Below are positions 56,001 to 64,000 of a stretch of DNA of 64,000 nt, piece after piece. Within the stretch, counting starts at the first letter, position 1. Every line of letters starts with the position of its first letter. The DNA is from the human T2T-CHM13v2.0 reference genome, Homo sapiens, in assembly GCF_009914755.1 (NCBI RefSeq), contig NC_060948.1; one strand, 5' to 3'. The notes below the pieces were generated by a model. It had not been told where the DNA came from and searched no databases. It was given only the letters and a program-made list of their open reading frames with translations. A program made the translations under genes and the position numbers.

Positions 56001-59000
56001 TCGAAACTAATGGACTGGAATAGAATGGACTCGACTGGTACAGACTCCAATGGAATGGATTCGAATGGAAGGGAATCGAACGGAATGGACTCGAAGGGAA
56101 AAGACTGCAATGGAAAGGTCTCGAATGGAATGGAAATTAATGGAATGGAATGGAATCGAATGAAATGGAGTCAAAAGGAATGGAATCGAATGGCAAGAAA
56201 TCGAATGTAATGGAATCGCAAGGAATTGATGTGAACGGAACGGAATGGAATGGAATCCAAAGGAATGGAATAGAATGGAATGGAATCGAATGGAAAGGAC
56301 TCGAATGGAAATCACTCGAATAGAATGCAATTTAATAAAATAGGATCAAATGTAATGGAATGGAATGGAAAGGAATCGAAACGAAAGGAATGGAGACAGA
56401 TGGAATGGAATGGAACAGAGAGCAATGGTATAGAATGGAATGGAATCATCTGGAATGGAATTGAATGGAATGGAATAATATGAAATGGAATGGAATGGAA
56501 TGGAATGGAATGCCCTTGAATTAAATGGACTGGAATGGAATGGACTCGAACAGAGTGGAATGGAAAGTGTTGAGATAGAATGGAATGGACTCCTTTGGAA
56601 TGGTCTAGTATGCAATGCAATCGACTGGCAGGGAATCAAAAGGAATGTAATCGAATGGATTGGACTGGAATGCAATGGACTCGAATAGATTGCAAACGGG
56701 ATGCAAAGGAATGGAATGGAATAGTATGGAATGGAATGGAAAGGAATGGAGTGGAATAGACTAGAGTGGAATGGAATGGACTGGAAAGCAATGGACTGGA
56801 ATGGAACTTTCTTGAATGGACTGGAATCAAACGGAATGGAATGCAATGCAATCAAATGGCATGGAATAAAATAGAATGAAAGAGAATCAAATGGAATTGA
56901 ATCGAATGGAATCGAATGGATTGGAAAGGAATAGAATGGAATGGAATGGAATGGACTCAAATGGAATGGACTAGAATGGAATGGATTCGAATGGAAGGCA
57001 AAGGAATGGAATCTATTGGAATGGACTGTAATGGAATGGAATGGAAGGGATTGGAATGGACTCGAATGGAATGGACTGCAATAGAAAGGATTCGAATGGA
57101 ATGAAAAAGAATTGAATGGAATAGAACAGAATGGAATCAAATCGAATGAAATGGAATGGAATAGAAAGGAATGGAATGAAATGGAATGGAAAGGATTCGA
57201 ATGGAATGCAATCGAATGGAATGGAATCGAACGGAATGGAATAAAATGGAAGAAAACTGGCAAGAAATGGAATCGAAATGAATGGAGTGTTATGGAACGG
57301 ACTCAAAAGGAATTGAATGTAATAGAATGGAGTGGAGTGGACTCGAATATAATGGACTGGAATGGAATGAAATCACAGGAATGGGAACGAATGGAATGGA
57401 ATGGAAAGGAATGGAATCGAATGGAAAGGAATCGAATGGAAGGGAATGAAATTGAATCAACAGGAATGGAAGGGAATAGAATAGACGGTAATGGAATGGA
57501 CTCGAATAGAATGGACACGAATGCTCAAATTGAATGGACTCGAATGGAATGGAAACGAAAGGAATGTCATCGAATGGAATTGAATCGATTGGAATGAAAT
57601 CGCATAGAATGGAGTGGAATCAAATGGAATTGAATCGAAAGGAAAGGAAGCGAATGGACTGAAATGAAATGGAATGGAATTGAATGGAAAGTAATGCAAT
57701 GGAATAGAATGGAACGAAATTTCACGGAATGGAATCAAACTGAATGGAATCAAATCAATGGAATCTAATCAAATGGAATGGAAAGGAATTGAATGGAGTA
57801 GATTGGATTGGATGGGATTGGAATGAAATGTACTGGAAAGGACTCGAATTTCATGAAACGGAATGGAATGAATTGGAACGGAATGGACTCGAATGGAATG
57901 GAATGTCATGGAATGGCATCAAATGGAATGGCATCAAATGGAATGGAATCGAATGCAATGGAATGCTATGGAATGGAATGGAATGCATTGGAATGGAATG
58001 TCCTCTAATGGAATGGATTCGAGTGGAATGGAATCGAATATAATGGAGTCGAATGAAATGGAATTGAAAGGAATGGGATCGAATACAATGGAATATACTG
58101 GAATGTAATGTAATGAACTCGAATGTAATTGACTGGAATGGAATGTACATGAATGGAATGTAATCGAATGGAAAGTAATCCAATGGAATAGAATCTAATG
58201 CAATAAAATCGACTCAGATAGAGTAGCATGTAATGGAATGGAGTGCAGTGCAATGGAATGGAATGGAATGGAATGCAATGGAATGGAATGGAATGGAATG
58301 GAATGGAATGGAATGGAATGGAATGGAATGGAATGGGATGGGATGGAATGGTATGGAATGGATAGTAATGGACTGGAGTGAAATGGACTGGAAAGGAATG
58401 GACTCAAATTGAAAGGGCTCGAAAGGAATGGAGTCAAATGGAATGGTCTGGAATGGAATGAACACGAATGTAATGCAATCCAATAGAATGGAATCGAATG
58501 GCATGGAATATAAAGAAATGGAATCGGAGAGAATGGAAACAAATGGAATGGAATTGAATGGAATGGAATTGAATGGAATGGGAACGAATGGAGTGAAATT
58601 GTATGCAGTAGAAGGGAATAGAATGGTATGCAAGCAAAAGGAAAGGAATGGATTGGAATGGAATGGAATTCATTGGAATGGAAGGGAATGTAGTGTAATG
58701 GACAGGCCTGGAATAAAGTGGAATGCTACGGTCTCGAATGGAATAAAAATGTATGGAATGGAATGCAATGAAACGGAATCGAATGTCATAGAATGTAATG
58801 GAATGCAACAAAATGGAATCCAATATCATTGACTGGAAAGGCTGGGTGTCGAAAGGAATTGACTCCAATGGAATGGAATCGAATGGAATGGAAGTGAATA
58901 GAATCGAACTAAATCGAATGGAATGGAATTGATAGGAACGGAATGGAAAGGAATGCAATGATTTGGCATGGAATGGAATCGAATGGCATCGAATGGAATG

Positions 59001-59650
59001 GAATGGAATGCAATGGAATGGAATGTATTAGAATGGAATGAACTTTAATGGAATGTACTCGAATGGATTCGACTGGAATGGAATGTTCTGGAAGTGAATG
59101 GACTCCAATGGAATGGATTCCAAAGGAATGGAATCGTACGGAATGGAATCTAATGGAATGGAATTAAATGGAAATGAATCAAATTGAATAGCACGGAATT
59201 GAATTGAATGGAATGGAATGCAATGGAATCTAATGAAACGGAAAGGAAAGGAATGGAATGGAATGGAATGGGCTGGAATGGAAAGGAATCGAAACGAATG
59301 GAATGGAATCGAACTGAAGAGACTGGAATGGAATGCACTGGAATGGAAGGGAGTGTAATGGAAGGTTCTCGAAAAAAATGGAATCGAATGGAATGGAATT
59401 GAATGGAACGGAATAGAGTCGAATGGAATTGAATGGAATGGAATGGACTAGAGTGAAATGGAATCGAACCACAAGGAATGGACAGGAATAGAATGGTCTC
59501 GAATTGAATGGAATCGTATGGAATGGCATCAAACGGAATGGAATGGACAGCCACGGAATGGAATGCACTCGAATGCAATGGAGTCGAAACTAATGGACTG
59601 GAATAGAATGGACTCGACTGGTACGGACTCCAATGGAATGGATTCGAATG
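53100..59650 (+). repeat. Recent tandem duplication of a single monomer (period 3578/3583); minimal span
   Basis: Both copies share ATTGCAAACGGGATGC (~53111, ~56689), a 1-bp deletion AATCACAGGAAT (~53793, ~57371), GAGTAGCATG (~54643, 58221), TGGTATGCAAGCAAAAGG (~55041, ~58624) and GGATTCGAATGGAAGGGAATCG (~56057, ~59640). Confidence 0.9.
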
Positions 59651-62600
59651 GAAGGGAATCGAACGGAATGGACTCGAAGGGAAAAGACTGCAATGGAAAG
59701 GTCTCGAATGGAATGGAAATTAATGGAATGGAATGGAATCGAATGAAATGGAGTCAAAAGGAATGGAATCGAATGGCAAGAAATCGAATGTAATGGAATC
59801 GCAAGGAATTGATGTGAACGGAACGGAATGGAATGGAATCCAAAGGAATGGAATAGAATGGAATGGAATCGAATGGAAAGGACTCGAATGGAAATCACTC
59901 GAATAGAATGCAATTTAATAAAATAGGATCAAATGTAATGGAATGGAATGGAAAGGAATCGAAACGAAAGGAATGGAGACAGATGGAATGGAATGGAACA
60001 GAGAGCAATGGTATAGAATGGAATGGAATCATCTGGAATGGAATTGAATGGAATGGAATAATATGAAATGGAATGGAATGGAATGGAATGGAATGCCCTT
60101 GAATTAAATGGACTGGAATGGAATGGACTCGAACAGAGTGGAATGGAAAGTGTTGAGATAGAATGGAATGGACTCCTTTGGAATGGTGTAGTATGCAATG
60201 CAATCGACTGGCAGGGAATCAAAAGGAATGTAATCGAATGGAATGGACTGGAATGCAATGGACTCGAATAGATTGGAAACGGAATGCAAAGGAATGGAAT
60301 GGAATAGTATGGAATGGAATGGAAAGGAATGGAGTGGAATAGACTAGAGTGGAATGGAATGGACTGGAAAGCAATGGACTGGAATGGAACTTTCTTGAAT
60401 GGACTGGAATCAAACGGAATGGAATGCAATGCAATCAAATGGCATGGAATAAAATAGAATGAAGAAAATGAAATGGAATTGAATCGAATGGAATCGAATG
60501 GATTGGAAAGGAATAGAATGGAATGGAATGGAATTGACTCAAATGGAATGGACTAGAATGGAATGGATTCGAATGGAAGGCAAAGGAATGGAATCTATTG
60601 GAATGGACTGTAATGGAATGGAATGGAAGGGATTGGAATGGACTCGAATGGAATGGACTGCAATAGAAAGGATTCGAATGGAATGAAAAAGAATTGAATG
60701 GAATAGAACAGAATGGAATCAAATCGAATGAAATGGAATGGAATAGAAAGGAATGGAATGAAATGGAATGGAAAGGATTCGAATGGAATGCAATCGAATG
60801 GAATGGAATCGAACGGAATGGAATAAAATGGAAGAAAACTGGCAAGAAATGGAATCGAAATGAATGGAGTGTTATGGAACGGACTCAAAAGGAATTGAAT
60901 GTAATAGAATGGAGTGGAGTGGACTCGAATATAATGGACTGGAATGGAATGAAATCACATGGAATGGGAACGAATGGAATGGAATGGAAAGGAATGGAAT
61001 CGAATGGAAAGGAATCGAATAGAAGGGAATGAAATTGAATCAACAGGAATGGAAGGGAATAGAATAGACGGTAATGGAATGGACTCGAATTGAATGGACA
61101 CGAATGCTGAAATTGAATGGACTCGAATGGAATGGAAACGAAAGGAATGTCATCGAATGGAATTGAATCGATTGGAATGAAATCGCATAGAATGGAGTGG
61201 AATCAAATGGAATTGAATCGAAAGGAAAGGAAGCGAATGGACTGAAATGAAATGGAATGGAATTGAATGGAAAGTAATGCAATGGAATAGAATGGAACGA
61301 AATTTCACGGAATGGAATCAAACTGAATGGAATCAAATCAATGGAATCTAATCAAATGGAATGGAAAGGAACTGAATGGAGTAGATTGGATTGGATGGGA
61401 TTGGAATGAAATGTACTGGAAAGGACTCGAATTTCATGAAACGGAATGGAATGAATTGGAACGGAATGGACTCGAATGGAATGGAATGTCATGGAATGGC
61501 ATCAAATGGAATGGCATCAAATGGAATGGAATCGAATGCAATGGAATGCTATGGAATGGAATGGAATGCATTGGAATGGAATGTCCTCTAATGGAATGGA
61601 TTCGAGTGGAATGGCATCGAATATAATGGAGTCGAATGAAATGGAATTGAAAAGAATGGGATCGAATACAATGGAATATACTGGAATGTAATGTAATGAA
61701 CTCGAATGTAATTGACTGGAATGGAATGTACATGAATGGAATGTAATCGAATGGAAAGTAATCCAATGGAATAGAATCTAATGCAATAAAATCGACTCAG
61801 ATAGAGTAGAATGTTATGGAATGGAGTGCAGTGCAATGGAATGGAATGGAATGGAATGCAATGGAATGGAATGGAATGGAATGGAATGGAATTTAATGGA
61901 ATGGGATGGAATGGTATGGAATGGATAGTAATGGACTGGAGTGAAATGGACTGGAAAGGAATGGACTCAAATTGAAAGGGCTCGAAAGGAATGGAGTCAA
62001 ATGGAATGGTCTGGAATGGAATGAACACGAATGTAATGCAATCCAATAGAATGGAATCGAATGGCATGGAATATAAAGAAATGGAATCGAAGAGAATGGA
62101 AACAAATGGAATGGAATTGAATGGAATGGAATTGAATGGAATGGGAACGAATGGAGTGAAATTGTATGCAGTAGAAGGGAATAGAATGGAATGCAAGCGA
62201 AAGGAAAGGAATGGATTGGAATGGAATGGAATTCATTGGAATGGAAGGGAATGTAGTGTAATGGACAGGCCTGGAATAAAGTGGAATGCTACGGTCTCGA
62301 ATGGAATAAAAATGTATGGAATGGAATGCAATGAAACGGAATCGAATGTCATAGAATGTAATGGAATGCAAAAAAATGGAATCCAAAATCATTGACAGGA
62401 AAGGCTGGGTGTCGAAAGGAATTGACTCCAATGGAATGGAATCGAATGGAATGGAAGTGAATAGAATCGAACTAAATCGAATGGAATGGAATTGATAGGA
62501 ACGGAATGGAAAGGAATGCAATGATTTGGCATGGAATGGAATCGAATGGCATCGAATGGAATGGAATGGAATGCAATGGAATGGAATGTATTAGAATGTA

Positions 62601-64000
62601 ATGAACTTTAATGGAATGTACTCGAATGGATTCGACTGGAATGGAATGTTCTGGAAGTGAATGGACTCCAATGGAATGGATTCCAAAGGAATGGAATCGT
62701 ACGGAATGGAATCTAATGGAATGGAATTAAATGGAAATGAATCAAATTGAATAGCACGGAATTGAATTGAATGGAATGGAATGCAATGGAATCTAATGAA
62801 ACGGAAAGGAAAGGAATGGAATGGAATGGAATGGGCTGGAATGGAAAGGAATCGAAACGAATGGAATGGAATCGAACTGAAGAGACTGGAATGGAATGCA
62901 CTGGAATGGAAGGGAGTGTAATGGAAGGTTCTCGAAAAAAATGGAATGGAATGGAATGGAATTGAATGGAACGGAATAGAGTCGAATGGAATTGAATGGA
63001 ATGGAATGGACTAGAGTGAAATGGAATCGAACCACAAGGAATGGACAGGAATAGAATGGTCTCGAATTGAATGGAATCGTATGGAATGGCATCAAACGGA
63101 ATGGAATGGACAGCCACGGAATGGAATGCACTCGAATGCAATGGAGTCGAAACTAATGGACTGGAATAGAATGGACTCGACTGGTACGGACTCCAATGGA
63201 ATGGAATCGAATGGAAGGGAATCGAACGGAATGGACTCGAAGGGAAAAGACTGCAATGGAAAGGTCTCGAATGGAATGGAAATTAATGGAATGGAATGGA
63301 ATCGAATGAAATGGAGTCAAAAGGAATGGAATCGAATGGCAAGAAATCGAATGTAATGGAATCGCAAGGAATTGATGTGAACGGAACGGAATGGAATGGA
63401 ATCCAAAGGAATGGAATAGAATGGAATGGAATCGAATGGAAAGGACTCGAATGGAAATCACTCGAATAGAATGCAATTTAATAAAATAGGATCAAATGTA
63501 ATGGAATGGAATGGAAAGGAATCGAAACGAAAGGAATGGAGACAGATGGAATGGAATGGAACAGAGAGCAATGGTATAGAATGGAATGGAATCATCTGGA
63601 ATGGAATTGAATGGAATGGAATAATATGAAATGGAATGGAATGGAATGGAATGGAATGCCCTTGAATTAAATGGACTGGAATGGAATGGACTCGAACAGA
63701 GTGGAATGGAAAGTGTTGAGATAGAATGGAATGGACTCCTTTGGAATGGTGTAGTATGCAATGCAATCGACTGGCAGGGAATCAAAAGGAATGTAATGGA
63801 ATGGACTGGACTGGAATGCAATGGACTCGAATAGATTGGAAACGGAATGCAAAGGAATGGAATGGAATAGTATGGAATGGAATGGAAAGGAATGGAGTGG
63901 AATAGACTAGAGTGGAATGGAATGGACTGGAAAGCAATGGACTGGAATGGAACTTTCTTGAATGGACTGGAATCAAACGGAATGGAATGCAATGCAATCA

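Larger units (their letters stand above)
1..64000 (+). repeat. DYZ1: Human satellite III (HSat3), DYZ1-type Yq12 array: diverged (GGAAT)n pentamers in ~3.56 kb tandem monomers, GGAAT on the + strand throughout
   Basis: Seen: GGAAT and variants (CGAAT, GGACT, GCAAT, TGAAT) run end to end. Unique landmarks (GACAGGCCTGG, GGAATTCATTGG, TTTAATAAAATAGG, GCCCTTGAATT) recur every ~3.55-3.60 kb. Established: DYZ1 has a ~3.56 kb (TTCCA)n-based monomer cut once by HaeIII and EcoRI. The assignment to the Y chromosome rests on period and restriction pattern, not on a database search. Confidence 0.95.

Noticed and set aside
129-63997. Hundreds of ORFs of 60-323 aa on both strands (MEWNG- and HSIPF-rich), including the recurring 305-aa minus-strand ORF
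   Set aside because: These are direct translations of (GGAAT)n/(ATTCC)n, which contain no stop codons in any frame. The ORFs overlap in all frames, change frame with pentamer copy number and show no recognisable domain. They are not genes.
1-64000. CRISPR-like or other repeat-spacer array
   Set aside because: There are no unique spacers between constant repeats and no cas or other genes. All variation is degenerate pentamer, repeated at the monomer period.
1-64000. Classification as HSat2 or telomeric repeat
   Set aside because: It lacks the dominant CATTCGATTC-type ~23-26 bp HSat2 organisation and any TTAGGG runs. The 3.56 kb period fits HSat3/DYZ1.

Overview
The whole 64 kb window is one uninterrupted, single-orientation tandem array of a diverged (GGAAT)n pentamer satellite. 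It is organised as ~3.55-3.60 kb monomers, each with one conserved HaeIII/StuI site and one conserved EcoRI site. This matches human satellite III of the DYZ1 (Yq12 heterochromatin) type. No genes, RNA genes, transposons or CRISPR arrays are supported, and every listed ORF is a translation artefact of the pentamer (MEWNG / HSIPF). Spacings between the 19 HaeIII-site positions are 3548, 3559, 3544, 3559, 3574, 3558, 3574, 3559, 3569, 2061, 3584, 2061, 3604, 2061, 3579, 3578, 3583 and 3563 bp. The interesting signal is structural. A ~1.5 kb internally deleted 2061 bp monomer has been amplified, together with a full-length neighbour, as a ~5.65 kb higher-order repeat in three copies. Upstream of it lies a cryptic ~7.13 kb two-monomer higher-order repeat from which the deleted monomer derives. 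There are also a recent monomer duplication, chimeric monomers and hypervariable pure-pentamer tracts. Each monomer carries three perfect heat-shock elements (nGAAnnTTCnnGAAn), and all three survive the deletion. I found no evidence for a new protein-coding system.
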